Virus record (IMG/VR): IMGVR_UViG_3300021182_000253
DNA from: a virus
Strand: one strand, 5' to 3'
Length of the DNA: 64,000 nt
The notes beneath the pieces were generated by a model. It was not told where the DNA came from. It worked only from the letters and a program-made list of their open reading frames with translations, and searched no databases. Numbering within the stretch: position 1 is the stretch's first letter; each line of letters begins with the position of its first letter. The position numbers were made by a program, and so were the translations under genes. Of the stretch, positions 1 to 9,811 are shown one piece after another.

Positions 1-188
1 ACAGTAGGAACGCTTCTGATCTTATAATCTTTTGCAAGTTTTGGGGCATCATCTACATCAACCTCTTGAAATCTTATAGTGGGAAACTCCGGCTGTACTT
101 TCTTTATTGTATTAGCCACTGTCTTACATGGAGCACACCAAGTTGCGGCAAACTTAACAAGACTGATTCCATTATCAATATCCAACAT
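1..188 (-). CDS. trxA: Thioredoxin (partial; C-terminus runs off the window)
   Basis: Manual translation of the reverse strand from ATG at 188 gives MLDIDNGISLVKFAATWCAPCKTV...EVDVDDAPKLAKDYKIRSVPT, with a WCxPC active site and an AAGGAG RBS. Confidence 0.92.
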   Translation of the reverse strand, partial: MLDIDNGISLVKFAATWCAPCKTVANTIKKVQPEFPTIRFQEVDVDDAPKLAKDYKIRSVPT

Positions 189-270
189 TCAAATCTCCTT
201 GTAGATATCTCTTGCGCTAATTCTTGCTGAAAAAGAAAAAGATCGATGTTCACTAATGAACATATCGATC

Positions 271-483
271 TTAGATTCGACTCTGAACTTCTGCCGCCTT
301 ACGCAATGCTTCCTGAGTTTTCTCGGCAAATTCCTTACCCAGAACTCGTGTTCCCTCTATAACTTCTGTCTCTGTTATAATTTTCTTATCCAACAACAGT
401 TTTTCTAACACTGAAATACGAAGAGCTAACGTGGCGATAACCTGGCTCTGACTTACAAATAATTCCTGGATAGCTTTGTCCAT
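271..483 (-). CDS. Hypothetical protein
   Basis: 70 aa ORF, co-oriented with neighbours. Confidence 0.6.
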   Translation of the reverse strand: MDKAIQELFVSQSQVIATLALRISVLEKLLLDKKIITETEVIEGTRVLGKEFAEKTQEALRKAAEVQSRI

Positions 484-560
484 CTCTTCGCTCCGTAGTA
501 GCTAACCGAGATAATGCCTAGTTCCAAACGAACTTAAATATCGCAATGATTTTCAATAGA

Positions 561-1001
561 TTACTTAGCAATGGCAACGTCAGGAAGAAGTATACCGTTG
601 AGATGATCTATTTCATGCTGAATTATCACTGCCACAAACCCGGTGGCTACGAACCTATACGGCTGTACCAGGTTCCCCTCGACGACAATCTCTTTGTACC
701 TAAGAGTTCTCTCATACCTATCAGGGAAACTCAAACAGCCCTCTCCATCAAATTCGAATTGATAATCAAAAGATATTATCTTAGCATTTACCAAATCTAG
801 TTTGATATCATCAACACGGACAATTGCCATTTGTTTGGCAACTCCAACCTGAGGACAGGCTAGCCCAATGCCAGGACGGCCATTCTTTTCAGACCACTTC
901 AATGCATTCTCAAGTTTTGACCTTAGATAATCTACCTCGGATGATAATACAGGTTCACATTCCACCCTCAGTAAACTTTCATTAGTAATAATCATCGCCA
1001 A
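561..1001 (-). CDS. def: Peptide deformylase
   Basis: All three PDF motifs: GIGLACPQVG, EGCLS, QHEIDHLNG. Confidence 0.95.
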   Translation of the reverse strand: MAMIITNESLLRVECEPVLSSEVDYLRSKLENALKWSEKNGRPGIGLACPQVGVAKQMAIVRVDDIKLDLVNAKIISFDYQFEFDGEGCLSFPDRYERTLRYKEIVVEGNLVQPYRFVATGFVAVIIQHEIDHLNGILLPDVAIAK

Positions 1002-1120
1002 TTCCAGATTGCTATCGCAGTTATTATAAGTAATAGACCAGAAAAATCTAATGGCGGAACTAAAGCCAAAAGAAATATCATAATAGCAAATGTTTCTCTA
1101 AGTGCTATCTTATTCATAAA

Positions 1121-1693
1121 CTACATTCCGGCTCTGGCCTCTTGTTGCTTTTGTTCACCCTTGAATAAAACCACAGTCATATTACGTCCAGTAACAGTTG
1201 GATCGCTTTCGTACTGAGCAGAAATCAGTTGAGCAAACTTCTTCATAGTTTCTGCCCCAATGTCACGATGGGCCATCTCTCGGCCTCTGAATTGTACTGT
1301 TACCTTGAGACGATTACCATCTTCAATAAACTCTTTGAGCTGACGGGCTTTAACCTCTAAATCATGCTCACCAGTACTGGGGCGCAATCTAACCTCTTTT
1401 ATTTGGATTACGTTATCGCGCTGCTTCTTCTTGGTAACCTTTTCTCTCTTCTCTTGTTCGAATTTGTACTTACCAAAATCAAGTATCTTGCAAGTGGAAG
1501 GTTTCCCGTTTTTACCCTGTGATACCATTACAAGCTCTAGACCTGAACTGTGAGCCATCCGTAAAGCTTCTTGAGTATCAATGACACCAATGTTATTATT
1601 ATCCTGGTCTATACAAACTACCTTTGCTTCTCTAATAAAACGGCCAAAGACATATCGGTGATCAGTTCTGGGTTGTGGTCTGGAATATCTCAA
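1121..1693 (-). CDS. infC: Translation initiation factor IF-3
   Basis: CKILDFGKYKFEQ; IKEVRLRP...HDLEVK; FRGREMAH. Confidence 0.95.
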   Translation of the reverse strand: MRYSRPQPRTDHRYVFGRFIREAKVVCIDQDNNNIGVIDTQEALRMAHSSGLELVMVSQGKNGKPSTCKILDFGKYKFEQEKREKVTKKKQRDNVIQIKEVRLRPSTGEHDLEVKARQLKEFIEDGNRLKVTVQFRGREMAHRDIGAETMKKFAQLISAQYESDPTVTGRNMTVVLFKGEQKQQEARAGM

Positions 1694-1702
1694 GTAAATC
1701 TC

Positions 1703-2002
1703 CTAATTGAAAGTAATAACGTGTCCATCGATGCGTCTTGGCGTTGAGTACATCTCCTCAAGAAGATTAGGCCAACGCTTTTCCAGTTCTTCCAAACTGC
1801 GTTGAAGCCCAGTCGTCACCTTAATGCTACCAATTAGCATTGAGTCACCATCCAACTCTTCTTTCAGAGTTGTATGAATCTCGCTCACTGCGCGAATCGC
1901 AAGCATCAGAGCCTCGTCTCGGCTCTCGATATCATTAAAAAAATCGCTATCTACTGTGTAGATGCCCTCTTCCTCTTTAATAAAGAACTTTTTTCGCGCC
2001 AT
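1703..2002 (-). CDS. Hypothetical protein
   Basis: 99 aa co-oriented ORF. Confidence 0.55.
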   Translation of the reverse strand: MARKKFFIKEEEGIYTVDSDFFNDIESRDEALMLAIRAVSEIHTTLKEELDGDSMLIGSIKVTTGLQRSLEELEKRWPNLLEEMYSTPRRIDGHVITFN

Positions 2003-2012
2003 GTTAGCTATC

Positions 2013-2390
2013 CTAATTCAGAATTATTGCATCAAGTTGCTTGTGTAGATCTATATCGATGCATTCCAAGCTTCTTTCAAGGTCTTTTATTATATCAAAT
2101 TCAACATCCCCAATATTATTTTCATATTGTATAACTGGGAATCCCATAATTTGAGATACAGATACTATTTTTGATATATCTTTTATTGAAGATAAATGAT
2201 CAAATATACAACATACCCAAGCTTGTGGTATATCTTTGAATGATATATTAGAATATTTCTTAGACAGAAGGTCAGAATCATCATATTCAAAGTCGTGTCT
2301 TTCTGACCACTGCTCATGAAATTCTCGAACGGAAATCATGTAATCTCCTTTACAACTTCTTGAAGGGCCTTCCATGCCGGAGCCTTCCAA
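2013..2390 (-). CDS. Hypothetical protein (true start probably the internal MISVR)
   Basis: Co-oriented ORF overlapping the end of the UDG gene. Confidence 0.5.
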   Translation of the reverse strand: MEGSGMEGPSRSCKGDYMISVREFHEQWSERHDFEYDDSDLLSKKYSNISFKDIPQAWVCCIFDHLSSIKDISKIVSVSQIMGFPVIQYENNIGDVEFDIIKDLERSLECIDIDLHKQLDAIILN

Positions 2391-2893
2391 TTAGGATTAC
2401 GCAAAAGAGCTGATGGGTGATAACATGGCATTATTTTCCAATAAGCACGTTCTTCCCAATTGCCACATCTGGTGGTAATTCCGCCCTCAATCCCAGTCAA
2501 ACTACCAAGGGCGCTATTACCTAGCGCAACTATAACTTTTGGATTTACTACTCTAATCTGGTCTAATAGATATGGCTTACAATTTTCCATTTCATCCTGG
2601 TAAGGCTTGCGATTACCAGGCGGACGGCACTTACAAATGTTCGCTATATAAACATCCTCGCGCTTCATCCCCATACTCGCGATCATATTGTCTAATAGCT
2701 TTCCAGCCCTTCCAACAAAAGGACGCCCCGTTTCGTCCTCGCTCTGGCCTGGAGCTTCACCAACGAACATCACCTTAGCGTCAACATTTCCCTCGCCAAA
2801 GACGGTTTTAATTCTGCTCCCCTCTAGCCTGCAGAGCTGGCAGTTGACAACTTCGTTATTTAATACATCAAGACGTTTCTGTTTCGAAGACAT
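2336..2893 (-). CDS. udg: Uracil-DNA glycosylase family 4 (Fe-S)
   Basis: CQLC, GEAPG, GRPFVGRAG, KCRPPGNRKP, YHPSALLR. Confidence 0.93.
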   Translation of the reverse strand: MSSKQKRLDVLNNEVVNCQLCRLEGSRIKTVFGEGNVDAKVMFVGEAPGQSEDETGRPFVGRAGKLLDNMIASMGMKREDVYIANICKCRPPGNRKPYQDEMENCKPYLLDQIRVVNPKVIVALGNSALGSLTGIEGGITTRCGNWEERAYWKIMPCYHPSALLRNPNWKAPAWKALQEVVKEIT

Positions 2894-2936
2894 GGTAACA
2901 TGAATGGACCCACGCCGACTTATCCCTCTCGACAGG

Positions 2937-3221
2937 TTACGATCTACCCAAGTAAATCAACATCTCATCTATTAAACTTGATTCAATATATCCAAGAGCA
3001 ACATTGCATCTATTGCATAACAAACCACGAAATTTTCCAGTTTTATGGTCATGATCAATATATACTTTGGTAAGATAAAAAGATATTTTACAAATTGCGC
3101 ACGCATTATTCTGAACAGGAAAATCACTATTCGACAGTACTTCAGCTACTTTATTAGCCGAATACAGTTGATTCACATACAAATCAATTACCTTGTCGTG
3201 AATTTTAGATAGATCCTTCAA
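2937..3221 (-). CDS. Endonuclease VII-like (His-Me) nuclease
   Basis: CAIC...IDHDHKTGKFRGLLCNRCNVALG. Confidence 0.85.
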   Translation of the reverse strand: MKDLSKIHDKVIDLYVNQLYSANKVAEVLSNSDFPVQNNACAICKISFYLTKVYIDHDHKTGKFRGLLCNRCNVALGYIESSLIDEMLIYLGRS

Positions 3222-4014
3222 CTAACCCATAAATTACATTATCGATGTGTTCAAATCTTCGTCTCATAACTTCAATAGCAATAGGGTTTTCGTCAATCAA
3301 GATACAATCTCTACTATGTTTATTTGCAGCCTCTCCGAAAGAGCCACTACCAGCAAAAAAATCCATAACCATATCACCCGGCATCGAATGAACTTTCACA
3401 ATTCTTTCTAATATTTTAAGTGGTTTTTGAGTGGGATATCCGGTCTTTTCCTTTCCATTAGTATGAACTATTGTATTCCACCAGCTATCCGTAACTACCT
3501 TGCCCTTTGATGCTTTATCTTTACCTACTAAACCAGGGGCCATATAGGGTATTCTGTCAGCTTCATCGTAATTAAAAGTGTAGTTCTTACTGTCTTTTGC
3601 ATACCAGAAGATGTTATTATGCTTTGCTGACCATTTCTTTTTGCTACGCCCACCATAATCAAAAGACCAGATGATTTCATTCATGAAATTTTCTCTGCCG
3701 AAGATTTCATCAGTCCATACTTTTACGTAGTGACATTCACGCCAATCTAAATGAATGAAGAAACTTCCATCATCAGTTAGTAGGCGATGAGCTTCCTGTA
3801 TTCTTGGTACGATGAAATCCTTGAAGTTATCAAAGGAATCTTTATAAGATTTATCTGCTCGCGCCTGAACTTTTCCGGTATTGAATGGCGGATCGATATA
3901 AATCAATCTAGCAAACCCATCTTGAAATGTACTCATAATATCTAAGTTATCGCCGTGGATGATTTGAATTGACATATTACTTATATAAAGTGTTCGACAA
4001 GTACCCAAGTGCAT
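3205..4014 (-). CDS. Site-specific DNA methyltransferase (N6A/N4C, beta class)
   Basis: IYIDPPFN catalytic motif precedes DFFAGSGS SAM motif; YPTQKP. Confidence 0.92.
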   Translation of the reverse strand: MHLGTCRTLYISNMSIQIIHGDNLDIMSTFQDGFARLIYIDPPFNTGKVQARADKSYKDSFDNFKDFIVPRIQEAHRLLTDDGSFFIHLDWRECHYVKVWTDEIFGRENFMNEIIWSFDYGGRSKKKWSAKHNNIFWYAKDSKNYTFNYDEADRIPYMAPGLVGKDKASKGKVVTDSWWNTIVHTNGKEKTGYPTQKPLKILERIVKVHSMPGDMVMDFFAGSGSFGEAANKHSRDCILIDENPIAIEVMRRRFEHIDNVIYGLVEGSI

Positions 4015-4693
4015 CTAAGGATGATTCAAAGATTTTACCGCAAGTAGCACCATGAATCATCAGATTGTCGATCATTTCGAAATCCTCAATAAGCAAGCCG
4101 TCCGGCTTAACTCTTTCCTTGTAGAATGTCTTGTTTATTGTATATCCAACCACAATCAATCCATTAGCCAATCCATATCCAATTTCGAATGCCGTACCAG
4201 CGTCAATAGATGGTCCACGAAATGGCGAGATATTAGCCAGCACTGCTACACATGATTTGATGAGGCTAAGATTGCCTTCATAAATCAGATAGCCATTTTT
4301 CTCTTGATTGATAGGCTCTTCCAACTTGACCTCTGAATCAAGCGGAAATACCCCTTCAAATCCACAGATATTACATTGTGCTTTTAGAAACTCTGCGCGC
4401 TTTATAACATCAGGGAAAAATACATCAGGGCCAGCAAGATATATTCTATTATTCATATTATTCAATTTTTTCAGACTACAGGTCGCTTCATAATTACCAT
4501 CAATCATAGTATGTACTACAGTTACTACGAGATAAACTGTATTACCATCAAAACTTACACCAGATTCAACTGTTGGCACTGATGGTATATCTGTTGGAAT
4601 TTCTCGGTCCTCCTCTTCAGGAATAAGAAATATGACTTTCATATCAAGTTCCGTGTTTGATAAAGCCTGTACTTCCAAACCCACCAGTTCCAC
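3977..4693 (-). CDS. Nucleoside 2-deoxyribosyltransferase-family protein (domain starts about 4456)
   Basis: RIYLAGPDVF and DAGTAFEIGYG motifs. Confidence 0.85.
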   Translation of the reverse strand: MELVGLEVQALSNTELDMKVIFLIPEEEDREIPTDIPSVPTVESGVSFDGNTVYLVVTVVHTMIDGNYEATCSLKKLNNMNNRIYLAGPDVFFPDVIKRAEFLKAQCNICGFEGVFPLDSEVKLEEPINQEKNGYLIYEGNLSLIKSCVAVLANISPFRGPSIDAGTAFEIGYGLANGLIVVGYTINKTFYKERVKPDGLLIEDFEMIDNLMIHGATCGKIFESSLDALGYLSNTLYK

Positions 4694-5111
4694 GCTCAGT
4701 ATCTGTCAATGAATCAACAATTATGAAGTGAGCTTGTACAACAGCAGATATAATCATTTGAGCAATACGATCTAGAGGATTGATCGTGAACACATCCACA
4801 CCATGATTGATAATGATTATACCAACAGGTCCACGATAATCACTATCGATGGTTCCTGGAGAGTTAACAATAGAAATACCATGCTTGAGAGCGAGTCCAG
4901 AGCGCGGACGAATTTGACCTTCGAAGCCCTGTGGTATTTCGAATATCAAACCAGTTGGAATCAATTCCCAATTCTTGGAACTGTATCCACGCGGACAAAT
5001 CTTAATTGGGCCTTCAATTGCAGCATGAAGATCGAAACCAGCCGATCCTTCTGTTTGATATTGTGGAAGAGGAACTTCAACAGACCCAGTACGCTGTACA
5101 TTAATCAACAT
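4644..5111 (-). CDS. dut: Trimeric dUTPase
   Basis: AGFDL, RPRSGLA, PGTIDSDYRG, RIAQM, RGTGGFGSTG. Confidence 0.97.
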   Translation of the reverse strand: MLINVQRTGSVEVPLPQYQTEGSAGFDLHAAIEGPIKICPRGYSSKNWELIPTGLIFEIPQGFEGQIRPRSGLALKHGISIVNSPGTIDSDYRGPVGIIIINHGVDVFTINPLDRIAQMIISAVVQAHFIIVDSLTDTERGTGGFGSTGFIKHGT

Positions 5112-5114
5112 AAT

Positions 5115-5606
5115 TCAAACCCGGTAAATATTCGTTAGAATGTCGCCAAATTCACGACTGTTGACAGGCTCAAGGCCAACAGCCGCTTCCTCGACCTCGA
5201 ATTTGATCTTCTTGATTTTTGCCTTAACATAATCAGAATCGGTTGTTATCTCAAGAGAGATATCTGAGATTGCGGAAATCGGAGTTTGTGTTTTATTATC
5301 ATAGATAAATAGTTCATCAATTCCGTAAACAACATCGCCTATCTTTTGTTCAACTTCATTAGTTACTATTCTTATTTCAGCATCATAGACATTACACTCT
5401 TTATCATTCAAATCAAACTCATGAATTTCAGCCATTGCAACAACATCAATAGGAACCTTAACAAGATCTATAGTTGTATATACAAGAAAGTCTCGAATAC
5501 TAGCACTACAAGTAATCTTTTGGACAAACTGAATAGTCTTACCAGAAATTTCATCAATCAGTTTTGTACCAGTATTAGTTCCATCAGATATAATCTTAAG
5601 CTTCAT
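5115..5606 (-). CDS. Hypothetical protein
   Basis: 163 aa co-oriented ORF. Confidence 0.6.
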   Translation of the reverse strand: MKLKIISDGTNTGTKLIDEISGKTIQFVQKITCSASIRDFLVYTTIDLVKVPIDVVAMAEIHEFDLNDKECNVYDAEIRIVTNEVEQKIGDVVYGIDELFIYDNKTQTPISAISDISLEITTDSDYVKAKIKKIKFEVEEAAVGLEPVNSREFGDILTNIYRV

Positions 5607-5615
5607 TATAACCTC

Positions 5616-6038
5616 TCATTCGTATCCATCTTTTCCCCCATATCTTTCATCTAAATCTTTAAGTATCTCTTGAACAGCCCTTTCTTTTTCAGCTGTCTGT
5701 AACATCTTCCTAGATGTTACATTGATAATAGTTTCTTTGTTTGCAATCTTAATTAAGATCTCGGCAATTTCTCGATACTCTTTAAATTGATCTTCTGTAT
5801 TCTTTCCCTTACCATATTTAGCATGGAAATCATCATGATGAAAAATACACAGAGTAACGCCATTAGCCACATCATATCTCTCTGCTGGGAAATCTGCCCA
5901 GGCATTAAGATGATGTGAATTTAGAGCTACGCCTTTTCGATTGCAAATGATGCAGGAATAGTTATCTCGGCGCTTTACATCTTGCGCCCAGCGAATGTAG
6001 CCGTAGTCATCTTTCCTATCGAAGAATGTTCCCATCAT
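5616..6038 (-). CDS. HNH endonuclease
   Basis: CIIC...SHHL...NGVTLCIFHHDDFH. Confidence 0.85.
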   Translation of the reverse strand: MMGTFFDRKDDYGYIRWAQDVKRRDNYSCIICNRKGVALNSHHLNAWADFPAERYDVANGVTLCIFHHDDFHAKYGKGKNTEDQFKEYREIAEILIKIANKETIINVTSRKMLQTAEKERAVQEILKDLDERYGGKDGYE

Positions 6039-6925
6039 TCCACCGCCTTATGTGGACAAGTCCTATCTATTCCCTTTGCCATATTACAATTATGACAAAG
6101 CACCTGATAATCAGGCGGATATCCGTTCCGCTTAATCCAATAATAAGTAAGGGCAGTTCCTTGAGATTTAAGTTCTCTAGCTTGAGCCCTACCACCACCA
6201 TTAATGTGATCAATGCAAAGAACCTCTAACTCATCATCTCCGCAACAAGAACACTTGCCGCCATAATGCCCAATTACATCAGATCTTATTTTAATACGTT
6301 CTTTGTAATCTTGACTATTTGTATCTAAATTATAGATCCTCTGCTTATGATTACAATTATGACACAGTACGCGATATCCATCTGGGTATCCATTACGCTT
6401 AAGAGCACACCAAAGAGAACTTTGACCTCCGTGCTGCTTTATATCTTTTGTCCCTCCGCCATTAATATGATCTAGAGCTAAAAATTCTAGATGGCTCTCC
6501 ATACACAAAGCACATTCCAAACTTGTAGAGTACGCAGATAAGACCTCGGTTCTGAATTTGATATGCTTATTTCTAACACAAATCTTACACAAATAATCTG
6601 GTTTTGATTTGACCAAATAATATTGACCAAGTTCTAATAAACCATGATGTTTACAATATCTTTGACCATTCGCTTTTGCTAGTTCATATTCTTCTAATGT
6701 AATACCTAATCTAATAGCTGCCCTCTGTAATACTCCACATTCAGGACACCCATCTTTAAATACAAGATGATTATCTGGAAGTTTCTGAAACGAGCCATGT
6801 ATTTTGCATACAAGAGTCACCTTAGACCGGCGATTCCTATACTCCACCAAAGAATAGTCCAATACATCTCCAAAAATCTTTTTGGATTGCTTGATAAATT
6901 CTTCTTGAGTTTTCCTGATAGCCAT
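6035..6925 (-). CDS. Homing-type nuclease with an N-terminal DNA-binding repeat and two tandem HNH domains
   Basis: KTQEEFIK...CKIHG...GCPECG repeat, then LDHINGGG...LCHNCN and IDHINGGG...LCHNCN. Confidence 0.8.
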   Translation of the reverse strand: MAIRKTQEEFIKQSKKIFGDVLDYSLVEYRNRRSKVTLVCKIHGSFQKLPDNHLVFKDGCPECGVLQRAAIRLGITLEEYELAKANGQRYCKHHGLLELGQYYLVKSKPDYLCKICVRNKHIKFRTEVLSAYSTSLECALCMESHLEFLALDHINGGGTKDIKQHGGQSSLWCALKRNGYPDGYRVLCHNCNHKQRIYNLDTNSQDYKERIKIRSDVIGHYGGKCSCCGDDELEVLCIDHINGGGRAQARELKSQGTALTYYWIKRNGYPPDYQVLCHNCNMAKGIDRTCPHKAVE

Positions 6926-7197
6926 CAGTCTCCGAGCAAAGACCTAATTGCTCGCAGACGCTTCTCGGGATCCTTGGAAGATGCAGCGATTTTTACGATA
7001 TCCTTCAGAATATCGGCAGCGTCTTTGAATGAATCCTCGGCAGTCTTAGAAAGACATTCCTTGCAAACAACGATGGAATTATCAAAGCCTGATAGCTTAA
7101 CTGTTTTGAGATCGTGCACAAAACACTCGCCACCGCAACCCTGGCAATTCATCGACGCTGTATTGCAGCCGCTGTCTATAAAGTCTTGTTCGGTCAT
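6925..7197 (-). CDS. Small Cys-rich (Zn-ribbon) hypothetical protein
   Basis: CQGC...CKEC. Confidence 0.55.
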   Translation of the reverse strand: MTEQDFIDSGCNTASMNCQGCGGECFVHDLKTVKLSGFDNSIVVCKECLSKTAEDSFKDAADILKDIVKIAASSKDPEKRLRAIRSLLGD

Positions 7198-7247
7198 AGT
7201 ACCGCCTCACAAAGGATACACAAATATCCCATATATCAAGGCGGAAA

Positions 7248-7793
7248 CTATGACGCGATTTTCTCTAATTCTGCTCTGATTCCGGCGCTTTCGCTATTAA
7301 CACCAGGGAAATATTCACCCCATTGAGGATGAGGATTTGGAATTACAGCATATTCCATAGCCAAAGAGTCATGCGGAATTACTGGCTTTCGAAGTAATTT
7401 CAGCCCAGCTTCCTCTGGAGTTCGGTTACCTTTGGCAGCGTTGATGGCCAGGGAAGCGGTTACGCAGTTCTCCCAGACGCTTTTCCCGCCACGAGCCTTC
7501 GGTATTATATGATCAACCGTCAACTGAGACGGAGGAAGAATAGCGCCGCTATACTGGCAGCGATACAAATCTCTGCGGAAGACACCACGGAAATTGAACC
7601 TTGGCATGAGTGGCTTCTTCCGTACGTATTGCTTCAGAAGAATAATTGCAGGGTAGTCCATGTCCTTGTACATGGGCACGCCTTTCCACGTAGCAAGAAC
7701 GTCAGCCTTGCCAGTCATGACCAAACGAACCATTCTGGAAAATGACAGAAAGGAAATAGGTCTGTATACCTTATCAAGAAGTAAAGTTTTCAC
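7248..7793 (-). CDS. HNH endonuclease (McrA-like)
   Basis: VFRRDLYRCQY...LTVDHIIPKARGGKSVWEN...N..KGNRTP. Confidence 0.9.
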   Translation of the reverse strand: MKTLLLDKVYRPISFLSFSRMVRLVMTGKADVLATWKGVPMYKDMDYPAIILLKQYVRKKPLMPRFNFRGVFRRDLYRCQYSGAILPPSQLTVDHIIPKARGGKSVWENCVTASLAINAAKGNRTPEEAGLKLLRKPVIPHDSLAMEYAVIPNPHPQWGEYFPGVNSESAGIRAELEKIAS

Positions 7794-8461
7794 TGGTTTT
7801 TCAATCTGTCTATTGACACTCTGATATCTTCGCCAGGCGTACTTGGGGCCTCAAGTCCCACGCACGTCCATCCAGCCTTATCTCTCCTAGCAAATAATTC
7901 TAGACAATTCCCAGTTGGGAACATCTCGCCTAGCATATTTTGTAATAAATCTGGTTTTATAGAATGCTTTGTTGCTGGGAAGAAATGAACTGATCTCTGA
8001 GATTTATTTGCTAGATGGTCGTATATCTTACCACGAACCCCAACCAAAACAAGCTCGTGAGTTTGTCTGAACAACCGGCCCATTCCAAACGAAAGAACAT
8101 TAGCCAAGTCAAATGACTTAATGTCTTCTAATGAAAATATACCATTGCCTTTTTTCATCCACAATTTCAAATCTTTATATAAGTCTTTAAGATGAAATTT
8201 CTTTGTCTTAATCCAAATATGTGTTTGTGTTTGCCTAAATCCCCAAGCCTTCATTACATCAAGTCCTTCTTGTAGTAATGAAGATGGACACCAAAGCAAA
8301 AGAATCGCATCGTCTTCAGCGATATCTTTAACAGGTAATGCTTTCAAGTCTTTAATTGAAAGAGTGGCATATACAGATGCAGCTCCTCTTTTTGTCTCGG
8401 ACATTGTGAGCTTATCGGAGAATGGCCATGGGCAATCTGCATCAATTACTCTGAACTTCAT
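7790..8461 (-). CDS. MT-A70 family adenine methyltransferase
   Basis: VIDADCPW (DPPW-like), LLLW, AWGF, HSIKP, LELFAR..GW. Confidence 0.88.
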   Translation of the reverse strand: MKFRVIDADCPWPFSDKLTMSETKRGAASVYATLSIKDLKALPVKDIAEDDAILLLWCPSSLLQEGLDVMKAWGFRQTQTHIWIKTKKFHLKDLYKDLKLWMKKGNGIFSLEDIKSFDLANVLSFGMGRLFRQTHELVLVGVRGKIYDHLANKSQRSVHFFPATKHSIKPDLLQNMLGEMFPTGNCLELFARRDKAGWTCVGLEAPSTPGEDIRVSIDRLKNQ

Positions 8462-8484
8462 GATTATTCTTTCTAATGTAGATA

Positions 8485-8964
8485 TTACTTAGCTGATTGG
8501 ACAACTTGAGCAAATGGAGGTGGCGATTGAGAAACTGGGCGAGGAGATATGCTTGGCAAAGGAGGAACTTCAGATTGTTCTGTACTTGCAACTGTTCCAT
8601 CTATTTTGGCAATATCATCAATAGATGGAATTCTCTTAATTGGTCTAAGCGCATGAGAAGCTATTTTACTTGGCTCGGCTTGAACTATTGGCTGTAATGG
8701 TTGTTTTAGTGCATTAGAATATTCAAGATAGCCAGTAAGACGGGCAATATCATCGTGATTATTCTCAGTTTCCTTCGCAAGAACATTAATTCTTTCAACA
8801 AGAATTTCGTAACTCTTCTGGGTTACTTTTGTATCTTGTGGCTTTGCTAATGTATATACGGCCGTTACAATTGCAGCCACTGCCACCAATAATTCCTTTA
8901 TACTTATAAAGTAAGATATTGCTTTAAAGAATTTACTTTGAGGTTTACATTCATCGTCTGCCAT
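8485..8964 (-). CDS. Membrane-anchored hypothetical protein
   Basis: N-terminal hydrophobic helix, Pro-rich C-terminus. Confidence 0.55.
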   Translation of the reverse strand: MADDECKPQSKFFKAISYFISIKELLVAVAAIVTAVYTLAKPQDTKVTQKSYEILVERINVLAKETENNHDDIARLTGYLEYSNALKQPLQPIVQAEPSKIASHALRPIKRIPSIDDIAKIDGTVASTEQSEVPPLPSISPRPVSQSPPPFAQVVQSAK

Positions 8965-8967
8965 GGC

Positions 8968-9306
8968 CTAACCTATTGATTTGATTGTATTAAGCAACAT
9001 ATCTATTTTTGCAACATTTAATTGCACCTTAAGATCTTCAAGCTCTTCCTTCTTCTTTTCGTGTAGCCTTTTTAGTGCAAATTTATGGCGCATATCATGA
9101 AGAGAATACTTCTCTCTTGGTCTTTGATTATCTCGATTCAAAGAATCAGATAGAGTTTCTATTGGCATTGAATGAAGCCAATTCATAGCATCATCATCTG
9201 TAGAATAATGAAAACAATACCTATCATGCTCTTCGGCGATAGCTTTGAGATCGAGACCTAATTCCTCTACAGTCTCTTGAAGGTGTTTAACGCTCGATAA
9301 CTTCAT
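8968..9306 (-). CDS. Hypothetical protein
   Basis: Start refined to MKLSSV to minimise overlap with the upstream gene. Confidence 0.5.
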   Translation of the reverse strand: MKLSSVKHLQETVEELGLDLKAIAEEHDRYCFHYSTDDDAMNWLHSMPIETLSDSLNRDNQRPREKYSLHDMRHKFALKRLHEKKKEELEDLKVQLNVAKIDMLLNTIKSIG

Positions 9307-9718
9307 AACCAATCTCACGTAAGAAAGCAGCCGTATATTCCCGGAAACTAGTATGTCCGCCGCGCTCCCAAGACAGCAACGTGTCTCCATCCTCAAACCC
9401 AATTATTTCTTGAATAGTCTGGCCTGTTTGCTTAGACTCAGCTTCCAGCGTGACTTTGAAGTCAGCAAGACGAGATAAATATCCAGTAACGAAATCATCA
9501 CCAGCTTTCTTCATCAAGACGTCATCACCGTCAGCGTCTTTCTTGGCTTTGTAATAATTCCAGTACACATCTCCTGGAGATAAGAATTCATGGCAAATCT
9601 TACAATCATATCCACATTCATTTTCCAGATTCTTTGGCTTTGATGGAGAAATTCCAATCTTTCTTCCTGGTCCATGAACTTCTGGTTCCCAATATGAGGC
9701 TGTGTAAAGAGTAATCAT
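9287..9718 (-). CDS. Hypothetical protein (DUF488-like N-terminus)
   Basis: MITLYTASY...IGIS resembles DUF488-type starts; weak. Confidence 0.45.
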   Translation of the reverse strand: MITLYTASYWEPEVHGPGRKIGISPSKPKNLENECGYDCKICHEFLSPGDVYWNYYKAKKDADGDDVLMKKAGDDFVTGYLSRLADFKVTLEAESKQTGQTIQEIIGFEDGDTLLSWERGGHTSFREYTAAFLREIGYEVIER

Positions 9719-9740
9719 CTTTATATTTCCTTAAATAGCA

Positions 9741-9778
9741 AAGGCTGGTGTCCTAGATAACTAGGCATCACCAGCCTT
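9741..9778 (-). terminator. Intrinsic terminator-like hairpin
   Basis: AAGGCTGGTG...CACCAGCCTT inverted repeat with inner CCTAG/CTAGG, followed by a T-rich tract on the minus strand. Confidence 0.6.
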
Positions 9779-9811
9779 ATTGCCTGGGCCTTAGCCCATC
9801 TCGACTAGCGT

